Source of the DNA: Eledone cirrhosa
Lineage: Eukaryota
DNA length: 64,000 nt
Direction: 5' to 3'
Assembly: GCA_964016885.1 (NCBI GenBank)
Contig: OZ024743.1
Location: forward strand, 266,042,001 to 266,106,000
Part shown: positions 29,541 through 41,975 of the stretch, one piece after another
Numbering within the stretch: position 1 is the stretch's first letter
Layout: each line of letters opens with the position of its first letter
Notes under the pieces: model-generated
Told to the model about the DNA's origin: nothing
Databases searched by the model: none
Seen by the model: the letters and a program-made list of their open reading frames with translations, nothing else
Position numbers and translations under genes: made by a program

Positions 29541-30474
29541 CGTAGTTAAGAAAGCCACAACAATGCAGAGGGAAATCTCGAGGTAGGAAGTGAAAGATAG
29601 ATAGGAAAAACAGGTGAAAGTGAAAATTGAGAGAGACAAAGATGAAAACAAAACAAAGGTAGAAGGGTTACCGTAGTGGTGATTTAATCCCAATATTTCG
29701 GGCTCACGCCCATCAACGGGGGAAAGTTCCAAAAGGGGGGGAAACAGGCCAAGCGGAGAAAGTTGTGATGTCGTAAAGACAGGAATGCCGTTATGGGGAG
29801 AAAATTATTTAAAATTTAAACGAGGGAAAGAATGCGCGTGCGCGTGATAGGCTGTGGCAAAAGCTACTGACCAAATGGGTTAAATCAAGAGGGTGCGCTA
29901 GCGTGTGAAAGCCGTAAGATATGTGTGTGTAAATATATATGTGTGTGTAACTGTGTGTGTATAAGTGTAAGTGTGTATATGTGTGAGTGTGTTTGTGTGT
30001 GAAAGATAGTGGGCTGTAGAAGCTGGAAATCAAAGGGTGTGAAAGGTGGTAGGTTGTAAAACATGTGTGCGTGTATAAATATAGATGTGTGTGTGTAAGC
30101 GTATGGGTATACATGTGTGTGTAACTGTGTGTGTATATGTGTGAGTGCGTTTGTGTGTGAAAGATAGTGGGCTGTAGAAGCTGGAAATCAAAGGGTGTGA
30201 AAAGTGGTAGGTTGTAAAAACATGTGTGCGTGTATAAATATAGATGTGTGTGTGTATGCGTATGGGTATGCATATACGTGCGTGTGTGTGAAGATAGCAG
30301 GCCGTAGGCTGTCAATGGTCACTATGGTTAAGTTAGCCATGTCAGCTCATTTCTCTCAGCCCGGTTGTTAAGTGGGGGTCTGAGGTTCTTATAGGAAACA
30401 GGCCAAGCGGAGAAAGTTGTGATGTCGTTAAGACAGGAATGCCGTTATGGGGAGAAAATTATTTAAAATTTAAA

Positions 30475-31400
30475 GGTTATGCCTTCAGTCTTGATGTGGT
30501 CGCCCTTTATACCTCCGTACCAGCATCCCCAGCTGTCGACCTGTTGACCGAACGAGTCCGAGCATCTGACTTACACTGCTTCGGACTCACACACACGGAC
30601 ATCCACCAACTCCTCTCCTTCGTTGTGGATAATGCACTCTTCAATTTCCTCGGCCACACGTACAAACAAATCTCTGGGCTACCTATGGGCTCTAGTCTGT
30701 CCGGCATACTTGCGATCTCGTACATGGACCACCTGGAACGCAAGGCACTCAATACCTGCCAACCCAACGCCGTCGCCTTCTACTCCAGATACGTTGATGA
30801 CATCCTGATACTTACTTCTTCCCGGGAGATGGCGAATGAAATTCACCAAATCTTCAACGATACTGACCATCACGTCGATTTCACCATCGAACACCCAGGA
30901 GAAGACGGGTCACTCGCCCTCCTCGACTTCCGTATCAACATCTCGGAAGAAGGAGACATAAACACCACCTTCTACCGCAAAGCAGCGTGCAAGGACTTAT
31001 TTGTGCATTATAACTCAGCCCTCCCCAACAACGCTAAGAGAGGCTATGTCCTAAATGAACTGACACGGATCACTAACAGATGCAGCGACCCGATGGGTGG
31101 TCTCACCCATACCACGCAATTCCGTAATCTACTCAGATCTAATGGTTATCCCAAGCGACTGATTAACGGAATTAGAGACCCCAGACCCAATAGACAGACA
31201 CCCACTAGAAACTTAAATAAAAGCAGGTGCTTCTTTAAAATCCCCCACCTGAGTGAATATACCACGAACGCCATCCGCAGGGCCATACGGACGGAGGGAC
31301 TTGACATACATTTGGCCCACACAGGACCCTCGCTGCGAAGATGCCTCTCCAACAAACCCGACGAGTCAGATGGGACGTGTTCCCTCAGCAACTGCCCGAT
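30475..31400 (+). CDS. PLE reverse transcriptase (N-terminally truncated)
   Basis: Motifs FSLDVVALYTSVP, QISGLPMGSSLSG, YSRYVDDIL, FTIE...LALLD, FYRK, NGYP. Confidence 0.92.
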
Positions 31401-31709
31401 ACGGTGGCAGATTGCCTACGCACCTATGTCGTATATAAGATTCAATGCGATAAATGTAACAAGTTTTACATAGGTAGCACCATCCGACACCTACATGTTC
31501 GTATCAAGGAACATATCAACACCAACGCATCTTCCTTCCGTAAACACATCCTTAAATGCGGAAACCCACAGGGTAGACCCTTGGTCACAGTCCTAGCGAC
31601 TGAACGCAGCATCGGATCCTTAAGGATAAAGGAAGCACTTGTTATTAAGAACCTCAGACCCCCACTTAACAACCGGGCTGAGAGAAATGAGCTGACATGG
31701 CTAACTTAA
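31400..31709 (+). CDS. PLE GIY-YIG endonuclease (frameshifted from RT)
   Basis: VVYKIQCDKCNKFYIGSTIRHLHVRIKEH...KEALVIKNLRPPLN. Frameshift near 31400 after CSLSNCP. Confidence 0.9.
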
Positions 31710-32545
31710 CCATAGTGACCATTCACAGCCTACGGCCTGCTATCTTCACACACACGCACGTATATGCATACCCATACGCATACACACACACATCTATATT
31801 TATACACGCACACATGTTTTTACAACCTACCACCTTTCACACCCTTTGATTTCCAGCTTCTACAGCCCACTATCTTTCACACACAAACGCACTCACACAT
31901 ATACACACACAGTTACACACACATGTATACCCATACGCTTACACACACACATCTATATTTATACACGCACACATGTTTTACAACCTACCACCTTTCACAC
32001 CCTTTGATTTCCAGCTTCTACAGCCCACTATCTTTCACACACACACACACTCACACATATACACACTTACACTTATACACACACAGTTACACACACATAT
32101 ATATTTACACACACATATCTTACGGCTTTCACACGCTAGCGCACCCTCTTGATTTAACCCATTTGGTCAGTAGCTTTTGCCACAGCCTATCACGCGCACG
32201 CGCATTCTTTCCCTCGTTTAAATTTTAAATAATTTTCTCCCCATAACGGCATTCCTGTCTTTACGACGTCACAACTTTCTCCGCTTGGCCTGTTTCCCCC
32301 CTTTTGGAACTTTCCCCCGTTGATGGGCGTGAGCCCGAAATATTGGGATTAAATCTCCACTACGGTAACCCTTCTACCTTTGTTTTGTTTTCATCTTTGT
32401 CTCTCTCAATTTTCACTTTCACCTGTTTTTCCTATCTATCTTTCACTTCCTACCTCGAGGTTTCCCTCTGCATTGTTGTGGCTTTCTTAACTACGTATTT
32501 TACACATTTCACAATGCTTCAAGCAAACTTTAACACCCTCTTATA

Positions 32546-32579
<34 letters not shown>

Positions 32580-32599
32580 ATATATATATATATATGTAA

Positions 32600-32703
<104 letters not shown>

Positions 32704-32704
32704 A

Positions 32705-34584
32705 CTAGTAGAAGTGCTCGGCGTTGCTCGGCGTTTAATTGTTTTAAAGTACTCTTAATGATTCCACTCAATTATGATTATTGAGGCCAAGATTGATATA
32801 AGTTCCCGCCCAACCAATCGATTTGCGACGGGATAGAAATCCCTGCAAAGGGCTTTGAAACACTCTCAGAAGGGGGTAACAATTGAATGTGAGATGGCCT
32901 TGAAAAGGGCCGTGTTATCGTTCTCACAATGGTAACAATCTGGTAGGAAGTCCTGGATGTCCCTCGACGGGTTGTCCTTTCACCCTTCTTAACCAAATTC
33001 AGTTGTCTGTGTTCCAGGTGTAGTATGATGGCACCTGAGAGTAGAAGAAGGTCTTGGCGAAGGGATCGTTTCGGCATAACTTAAAAAATGCCGTAAGTGT
33101 GGTGTCCTTGGGTTCCTCTGCTATCTCAGCAGCGGTGGAAGCGGTGAAGTAGACTCTTTGACCGTTTTGAAGGTGGACCGCCAACTGTCTGATTGGTGGG
33201 TAGTTATGGTGTATTGCAAAGCGGAAGAATCGCCAGAACGCTTCATTACTGCTGATGTATCGGCCGACCTGGTATCGAGTGATTTTGTCTCGGCTGTTCT
33301 CCATTGTAAAACCGAAGGACGCAGCATCGGACCCCTTATTGATGTACTTGCAGACATACATTATTGATTTGACGGAGTGACAGTATTCAACGCTAATGTG
33401 GGCGTTAAACATTTTATGCAGAGATGAGCAATGGGGTACAATCCACCGGTTGTCGACGTGGTGATGTGGGGTTTTCGCAACAATTCTTCCGTTCGCTGGC
33501 TCCCCTCAGTGGTATAATGGGTAACCGTGGCCACCTGTCTCAGTTTCTCGGGGAATGACTTTGGATACCTCTTGATGTACCTTCTTTCTTTAATGCATGG
33601 CGAATTCATGTTAAAACCGTTTCCGCATGGCCCGTGAACCATGTGAGCAGTGACGATGTTGTGGAGATCTCTGTCCAATTTCGGGTCGGGTATTTCTTCT
33701 GAAATAATGCTGTCAATGCTGGTTGCGGTGATTTTCGTTATTAGTCAAATGAGTAAGTGGGCGTGTGGCAGACCTCTCTTTTGCCACTCAACGGTGTATA
33801 CGTAGCACCTAACAGACCCAAAGGCCTTACCTAATTGTATGAGTTAAATAAGTTTTGTCAATTTCAAGCAGAAGCAGCTTTAGTTTGGCGACTAAGCCGT
33901 GGCCTTTTATGGGGGGGGGGGGGCATGACCAAGTGTGAAAATATGTTTTATAAGTAAGTTTAAAAAGGGAAACAGGAAGTACTAATTAAACCGAACACGT
34001 AAATATTTATGCAGGTAATTGAGCAATAAAGGAGGGTAGCGAAAAATTTCAATTGAACAGTGAATAAGTGGACATTGAGTACTAAGTAAGTTGTAGCAAG
34101 AATTCACGTCAAATAGTAGGTCAAACCTGTAAGCCAAGGAAGTCTGAGTTATAGCACAATTTGGCACACTCTGGAAAAAAAATCATCAAAATCGGACGTT
34201 TCTGAAAAAGTTTTCTCGCTATTTTTTTCATCAGAATATTTATAGTACATTATTTTCTCATATTGCTAAAAAGAAAGAAAAAAAATTACAAAAAGGACAA
34301 CGAAATATAATGTTGAGATTCAAGTAGTCCGTACGTCGGCGTCTGGAACGCTGCCCTTCGTCCTCACCAGCACGTGACGCAGCAGTTGAGGCGGCAAGAG
34401 AGAGTTGGAGCATCTACTTAGTTTTATCGATTTTTTTCATAGAAGCAGGACACTTTTGGCAAAGTTTATGTCGTGTTGACCATCGTCGGTAAATTTGGAG
34501 CACATTGGAAAAATAATCATCAAACTCGATAGAGAAATGTGGAAATGCATAAACATCATACACGTACACTGACAGTCATCTTCA

Positions 34585-34600
<16 letters not shown>
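32705..34600 (-). mobile_element. Helitron deletion derivative carrying a Rep (HUH/Y2) fragment
   Basis: 3' end 'ccgagcaacgccgagcacttctaCTAG' at 32705. Motifs YTVEWQKRGLPHAHLL (~33750-33805), MVHGPCG and YVCKYINKG, with frameshifts. 5' end homologous to 34634-34830. Confidence 0.85.
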
Positions 34601-34630
<30 letters not shown>

Positions 34631-34633
34631 ATA

Positions 34634-37509
34634 TCTATATATATAAAACGGTAGATGTCTGCCTGTGTGTGTGTATGATTTTTATGCATTTCCACATTTC
34701 TCTACCGGTTTTGATGATTTTTTTCCAAAGTGCTCCAAATTTACCAGGGCAGGTCACCGCGTAATTATTCTTGCCATTCATTTCCTGCTTCTATGAAAAA
34801 AATCGATAAAACTAAATACATGCTGTAACCCTCTCTCTTACACGCTTCATTCCCCTGACTACTACCATCAAAAATATATGAAACTAAATACATGTTGAAA
34901 CTCTCTTTAAAAGCTTCATCCTTTCCTTAACTACACTCTCAATCTCCTCTGCAACTCTCTTTAAAAGGTTACTGCCTCCATCACCATTACAATTTAGAAC
35001 AACGACAAAACTTCTTTTGAAGGAACGCGACACAATCTTTGAAATATAAGCAACAAAACAACCATAGCTTTACTCCCTCCGTCGCTCTTCCCTCTCTCTA
35101 CAATAGGTTATTCCCACTCTCTATAATTAACTGCTTTACTCTACTCATGCTTCGAGGTTTAACACTAGCTTCACTATATCCGTCGCTCTTCTCACTCTAC
35201 ATAATAGATCATTCCTCCTATTCGTTCGAGAACGCAAAAAAAACTTTGACAACTAAGCAACGCATCATTTTATACAACAAAAAACAGTCATAACGACACT
35301 CATACATCAAATATCACAATTTAAAAAGCCGATAACACTAAATACATACTGCTCTTTCAACGTTATATTTTACACACTTACATTTTACATTAAATAACAA
35401 ATATTCAAAAGCAACAGATAAATTTATGTATATATGATTCGCAATGGGATTCCACTTTAGCAGAGGGTGCTTTGTTGAAATCACCTAAAGGTCTACGGGA
35501 ACTCTTTGCTATTTTGCATCAAAAGTGTGAATTGGGTGATCCCAAATCTTTATGGGTCAAGTACAGAGACTTCATGTCTGACGACTTCCTGCGCCTGGCT
35601 CATCTGCAGCATACTTCAGTGGAAGTTGGTTACAGCGACATTATCTACAACAGGGCACTCATTGATATCGAGAACGCCCTCCTCGACATGGGTGGGAGTG
35701 AGTTGGCGACGTATGGCTTGCCGTCAACCGTCAGAGAGGAAGCTAACACGTTGGCCCCGGATTTCTTGCGGGAAACAGCATATGACAACGAATCTCTTTC
35801 CCAATACTTAGAGGAAAATGAGCTCAAACTTCTGTCGGACCAAAGGTTGGCCTATTTAACTATCATTGACGCGGTTCAAAATCCGACTGGGGGTATTTAC
35901 TTTCTCTATGCTCCTGTGGGTACCGGAAAAACTTATGTAGCGAAATTGATTCTCGCTAAGATTCATCAGGAGAAAAAAATCGCGTTGGCCGATGCATCAT
36001 CCGGGATCGCTGCTACTTTGCTGCCGAGAGACAGGACAGCACATACATCCTTTAAACTCCCCTTGGATTTAGTAAAAACTGAGAAACCAACATGCAATAT
36101 CAGCAAGAGTTCACACGAAGCTCTGGTTCTCAACATTTTTGTCTCATTGTTTGGGATAAGTGCACAATGGCACACAAGGGTGCCCTTGAGGCATTGGGCA
36201 GGTACCTGGAAGACATTAGGGATTCTACGGCTCCTATGGGTGGCGTAACCCTTCTGCTATCAGGTGATTTTCGACAAACGCTGCTTGTCATCCCCAAAAG
36301 GACAAGAGCTGATGAAGTGCGTACCTTTCTTAAGTCGTCCATGTTATGGATCCAGGTGAAGAGTTTGTACTTGAGCACAAATATGCATGCGCATTTGCAT
36401 GGTGACAATATGTCTGCAGAATTTGCTCAGAATATTTTAGCACTTGGTGAGGGCAATGTCCCTGACGATGACAAGGGCGGAATAGCAATCAACTCCCCGT
36501 GCAACATTGTGAGCAGCCCTTCTGACCTTTGGGAAGCAGTTTTTCCTAATGTCTCATGTAACTTTAAAAACATCGATTGGCTCAGCGAAAGAGCCATCTT
36601 GCTCCGAAAAATACCATAGTTAATTTTATTAGCGAGCAGTTGATTGAGAAAATTCCCGGTAAAGAACACATCTTCAAATCTATCGACCGGACGTCAAACA
36701 CCGACGATATCGTTAATTATCCGGTTGAGTTATTACATTTCCTTGAGCCCCCGGGGCTCCCACCTCACATTCTTAAACTTAGGGCTGGCTGTCCCATTAT
36801 GCCAATAAGGAACTTGCGTCAACCAAAGCAGTGAAACGGTACTCGCATGGTCGTCAAGTCACTGTCGCCCCACTTGATTGAGGCCACCATTGTAACGAGT
36901 GCGGGAGAGGGGAGAATGTTTTCATTCCAAGGATGAACCTTTTCCCCTCGGCGTCAGATATCCCGTTCGATTTCCGGCGATCCCAATTTCCGGTGAGACC
37001 ATGTTTTGCCATGTCCATTAAAAAGTCACAAGGGCAAACATTGTCGGTGTCGGGCATCCATTTGGGGGAGCCATGCTTCTACCATGGCCAAATTTATGTT
37101 GCGTGTTCCAGCGTAGGGAGCAAGAATGGACTTTTTGCTTACACTCCTCAAGAGATGACACGCTATATTCTACCGTCTACAAAAGAGGTCCTATAGATGT
37201 TGGTGGAGGTGTTGTAGGTGTTGGAGCTTGCCGTCTGGAAAACTGGAGGGTCACCCATAGCGGACAGATCTGACACCCAGCGGCATCAGGGCCAACATCT
37301 TGCAACTTTGGTCTACTAAATTCGGTATTTGAAGATTATTAACCCATCATTGATTGTCCAAAATGCTAATTGGTTCGTAACTATTAATAACCGGTTCAAC
37401 TGCTTTATGCACTTAATTGATAAGCTTATTCGCCTTCAAGCTACGTTTACCTGTTTGTAAATTTTCATAGCAAATGAACAAACCAGAACAACGCCGAGTT
37501 AAACTGCTA

Positions 37510-37510
<1 letters not shown>
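34634..37510 (+). mobile_element. Helitron deletion derivative carrying a PIF1 helicase fragment
   Basis: Termini A|TC...CTAG|T. Frameshifted ORFs 35472-37196 contain GTGKT, SSGIAATLL, WDKCTM, GDFRQTL, KSQGQTL and HGQIYVACS. Confidence 0.9.
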
Positions 37511-37558
<48 letters not shown>

Positions 37559-37631
37559 GTTGACTTCCAAAAACAATAGTTGCATTTTAATAGGGTACGT
37601 CAAAGCTTATTTGTAAAACTGTTATATATTG

Positions 37632-37696
37632 TATTTTGTCTGATGAAGGCATACCATAATCTAATTTGGTATCCCTGAAATATGTATAATGAAATA
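37632..37696 (+). ncRNA. Type I hammerhead ribozyme (family A, solo copy ~37560-37740)
   Basis: tattttgt CTGATGA aggcatacca..tggtatccct GAAA tatgta TA atgaaata. Confidence 0.8.
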
Positions 37697-37735
37697 AATA
37701 TGGTTTTATAAATATAGTTTCCATTTATTAATATC

Positions 37736-37793
<58 letters not shown>

Positions 37794-38137
37794 GGCTCTG
37801 ATACCATCAACACTATAAACACAGAGCTGGCATATCTAAGAACTGAATAACTGCCTGATGAGGTTATAGCCATTCAATGGCTATCATCGAATTATATATA
37901 GAAGTAAATAAAGGATTATGAGTTCATGCAATTGACTTATATTTCGTCACTATATATATATATATATATATTATAGTGACGAAACATAAGTCAATTGCAT
38001 GAACTCATAACCATTTATTTACTGGTATATATATTTCGATGATAGCCATTGAGTGGCTATGACCTCATCAAGCAGTTTGTCAGTTCTTAGATATGCCAGC
38101 TCAGCTCTGTGTTTATGGTGTTGATGGTATCAGAGCC
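37794..38137. mobile_element. Tail-to-tail inverted pair of a family B-related HHR unit
   Basis: ~160 bp arms around a central (TA)n. The + HHR (37850-37905) has GAAT instead of GAAA. The - HHR (38021-38076) has TTGATGA. Confidence 0.75.
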
Positions 38138-38140
38138 TTG

Positions 38141-38202
<62 letters not shown>

Positions 38203-38331
38203 GTGAGATTTTTTTACAAATTGAAAAATAACCGAGGTGTCCTACACGAGTGAAAGTATAAAGAAAAAGAGATGAAATCGAAAATGCAACTGGAGTCTTA
38301 TTTTTAAAAATATATGTATATTTATTTGGTT

Positions 38332-38369
38332 CCTTTATCGGTTTCGCAGTTGTTCTGCTTTTCAAAAGG
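38332..38369 (-). ncRNA. Minimal hammerhead ribozyme, U3:A8 variant (family C)
   Basis: Minus strand reads cctt TTGAAAA gcag-aacaa-ctgc GAAA ccga TA aagg. Confidence 0.7.
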
Positions 38370-38415
38370 TGCTTTTCACATGTGAGAAAAACCACAGACC
38401 CTCCATCTCAACTCA

Positions 38416-38453
38416 CCTTTTGAAAAGCAGAAGAACTGCGAAACCGGTAAAGG
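38416..38453 (+). ncRNA. Minimal 38-nt hammerhead ribozyme, U3:A8 variant (family C)
   Basis: cctt TTGAAAA gcag-aagaa-ctgc GAAA ccgg TA aagg. All three stems pair; stem III palindrome accggt; GUA cleavage. Confidence 0.85.
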
Positions 38454-39045
38454 AACCAAATAAATATATATATATTTTTTTTAAAATAAGACTCCAGTTA
38501 CATTTTCGATTTCATCTCTTTTTCTTTATATATATATATATACACACAAACATATATATCTGATGTGTGTTTGCTTGCGTATACATGCATATATATATAC
38601 ATATATATCTATTTCTGTGTGAGTGTGTGTATATTCATACATGCATGCATGCAGATGCACACGATCGCCTAAAGGCATAACAAAACGCGCTCGAGCTACC
38701 GTACTATATATACGTACATAACTGTAACATATGTAAACACCTAAACTCACTATGAGATTTACAAATCCCTGAAACTCTCTTGACTCAAACATAAATATCA
38801 CTTTGTTAGTGACTGGCTCGTATTCAGCAAATGCACTTAAATTATTCTGATAGAAATTCATACATATATACATATGAATTTGCATATGCATGTAGCTTGA
38901 GGAAAACATACCGGTACATCAGATTGTGTTTTTGTATATGTCGAATTCCCTTGTCATATTCCATTGAGATGCATAACGAGCGGTCGGTAGGATTGCGATC
39001 TCACTGATGTATTCAGTGAAATATACACATACATACTTTTATGTA

Positions 39046-39117
<72 letters not shown>

Positions 39118-39145
39118 AAAATGTGGAGAGGAAGCACACGTGTTA

Positions 39146-39177
<32 letters not shown>

Positions 39178-39183
<6 letters not shown>

Positions 39184-39530
39184 ACGGAGAAAGAGACGAT
39201 TATGAGGAAGAAAAATATTTGTTTTTCCTTTTTTGTTTCTCTCTCTCTTTTTGGGGGGTTAGAAAATGATTAAAACGAAATGTTTTACTTTGTGTGAAGT
39301 GTTAAGGTATTAGATGATTTATTTATTATTTGGAACCTGTAATAGACAATAATTAAATATATAAATAGATAAATAAATGCCATTGTTAAATAATAAATAA
39401 ATCAACACTTCACACAAAGTAAAACATTTCGTTATAATCATTTTCTAACCCAGAAAAAAGAGAGGGAGAAACAAAAAAGGAAAAAAATATATTTGCTTCC
39501 TCGTAATCGTCTCTTTCTCCCTGTTTTCAT
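39178..39530. repeat. Inverted repeat element with ~125 bp arms (MITE-like or PLE inversion)
   Basis: 39178-39303 is the reverse complement of ~39404-39530; flanked by TA repeats. Confidence 0.7.
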
Positions 39531-39539
39531 ATATATATC

Positions 39540-41975
39540 ATCATTATCGTTTAACGTTCATCTTCCACGCTAGCATGGGTTTGGACGGGTGTTTTCCCAC
39601 TTGAGGCAAGATTGGTTGTCTTGCTCGTGTAGGACTGTCTGGCGGGTTTTCTACGGCTGGATGCCCTTCCTAACACCAACCACGTTTACAGTGTGGACTG
39701 GGAGGTTTTTACCGTGTTACCTACACGGCCACATTACAGCGTGGTCTGTGTGGTTTTTTTTCGGGACACCTACGCGACTTCATTTATTTCGGACTGGATG
39801 TTGTAGTACCAACATAACTTTACATCGAAAGGGGTGGTGTGGATGGGGTGGGGGTGGTGGGACGGGGGTGTATTTTTGTTAGAGGTGCCTACTGACTGCA
39901 GGTTTCGCTTTGTACTTAGGCAAGGCGGGTCTTCTGTATTACTGCGTAGCGCCAAAGATCTCGGTCCAGTGACATTGTCTTGGAGTGGTGTAAGTGTGTG
40001 AGGTCGGAATTTATCAAGTCGTCCCAGGTTTTTCTGGGTCTGCCTACTCCGTGGCTATCGTCTATTTTTATCGCCCTGCACTTTTTTATACAGCTGTCGT
40101 CTTTCATGCGCATCACATGACCATACCAACGTAGTCTTCTCTCGAGTAAACAACATCTGATTCCTCTTATTCCTAATTTCTCCCTTAGTTCATTTATGCT
40201 TTGCCGTTCACGTATATTACTATTACACATCCAACGCACCATGCAAGCTTCGTTCTTCTCCAGTCTGCGAATATCCTCTGCACACAATGCCCAGGTCTCA
40301 CTGCCATGTAACATTGCTGTTCGTATGCAGGCATCATACAGCCTGCCTTTCATTTTTAGAGAGAACCCTTTAGTGGCCAATAGTGGTATAAGCTCTCTGA
40401 ACTTTTTCCATCCCGTTCTGACTCTAGCTATTGTACGTTCAGAGCACCCTCCATCACTGCTGATTGTGTCACCCAGGTAACGGAAGGTGTCCACTATTTC
40501 TATAGAACCATATGTGCACTGGAATGAACTAGTATTCTGTGGGCACTTGCTGCTACTTATTGCACCTGAGCACCAGCCACATATAAAATCTATATTCTTA
40601 GTTAGCTTACCTGTGATCCCACTACATCTTTTATGCACCCATACTCTGCATTTGGGACATAAAATGGAGGTTCTGCCTACTCCTTTCCTACACACTGAGC
40701 AAGGCCATTTCCCAGATGGGACCAGTGCCCTATTTTCTTTCCTACAAACTACAACTTTAGTCTTAGACAGGTTAATTTTAAGGCCTTTTGATTCTAGGCC
40801 ATGCTTCCATGTTTGAAATATCTTCTCTAGTTCAATCATTGATTCAGCTATGAGCGTTAGATCATCTGCGTATAGAAGTTCACATGGGCAGCCGGTCTGG
40901 AACTCCTCTGTTATAGCCTGAAGGGCAATAATAAATAGTAGGGGGCTAAGGACGGAGCCCTTATGAACACCAATTTTACGCTAAACTTTTCACTATATTC
41001 GTCGTTAATTCTAACCTTGCTGACTGATTTCTTTATACATGGCTTGTATAGCTCTCACAAGGCGTTCATCAACACCTAGTTTTCTAAGGGCCCACCAGAT
41101 AATCGAGCGGGGTACTCTGTCAAAGGCTTTCTCCAAGTCAACAAAAGCTAAGTATACGGGTTTACTTTTAGCTAGGTACTTCTCCTGTAGTTGTCGTACA
41201 ATGAAAAGAGCGTCTGTTGTACTTTTACCTGACACAAACCCGAACTGCATTTCATCTAGATCAATTTGTTCTCTGATTAGTTGCGCTATTACTTTTTCTG
41301 TGACCTTCATGACCTGGTCAATTAATTTAATGCCTCTATAGTTTCCCCTATATAGGGCATCTCATTTACCCTTATAATAGTTAATGATGATGCTGCTGCG
41401 CCAGTCCTACGGAACGACCCCATTCTGTATGACCTGGTTTACTATCCGGGTGACCATAGTGTGTCCCACCGTTCCAGATGATTTCAGCATTTCAGCAACT
41501 ATTTCCGAAGGCCCAGCCGCCTTGCCTCTCTTCATGTCTGATCGCCTTACTTATTATACTACCTTCAACTTGCACTGCTGGTCCCTCTATTGGATCGATG
41601 TGGGGGAGACTGTCTTTCTACTAATTATTCTCATCATTTAGTAGCCTTTCGTAGTGACACTTCCAAGCTACCTTCTTATCAGCGTCAGTGATGGCAAGTA
41701 CACCATCATCATTAAGAACACACATCTCCCCGGCAATATAACGGTTTTCCTTGACACATCGCCTAGCAATCCTGAACACCTCACGTTTTTGGTCCTCGCG
41801 TTGTAGAATATGCTTGAACTTTCTTTCTTCTGCTTCACTTCTTGCGAAATACACTTGTCTCCTAGCTTCCCTCCTGGCCACTTGAATATCTTCTGTACTT
41901 CCCCCATCCCGCCATACTTTCCAAGCCTGCTTTTTTACCTTGATCGACTCCTCCACCTTACTGTTCCACCACCAA
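39540..41975 (-). mobile_element. RTE-clade LINE, 5'-truncated and frameshifted
   Basis: Motifs QFGFVSGKSTTDALF, AFVDLEKAFDRVPR, ELLYADDL and RRLRWYGHVMR...GRPRKTW. The 3' UTR has 'ggaagggcatccagccgtag' and ends 'ccatgctagcgtggaag..cgttaaacgat(aat/gat)n'. Confidence 0.92.

Larger units (their letters stand above)
29534..32542 (+). mobile_element. Penelope-like retroelement, 5'-truncated, with ~860 bp inverted 5' copy of its 3' end
   Basis: 29534-30391 is the reverse complement of 31646-32502. RT and GIY-YIG lie between. (TA)n on both sides. Confidence 0.92.
38195..38530. mobile_element. Family C inverted pair
   Basis: ~38258-38371 is the reverse complement of ~38414-38530, with an HHR in each arm. 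Confidence 0.75.

Noticed and set aside
29463-30315. ORFs of 168 and 89 aa mirrored at 31764-32708
   Set aside because: They are low-complexity readings of the Penelope 3' non-coding region duplicated by the inversion.
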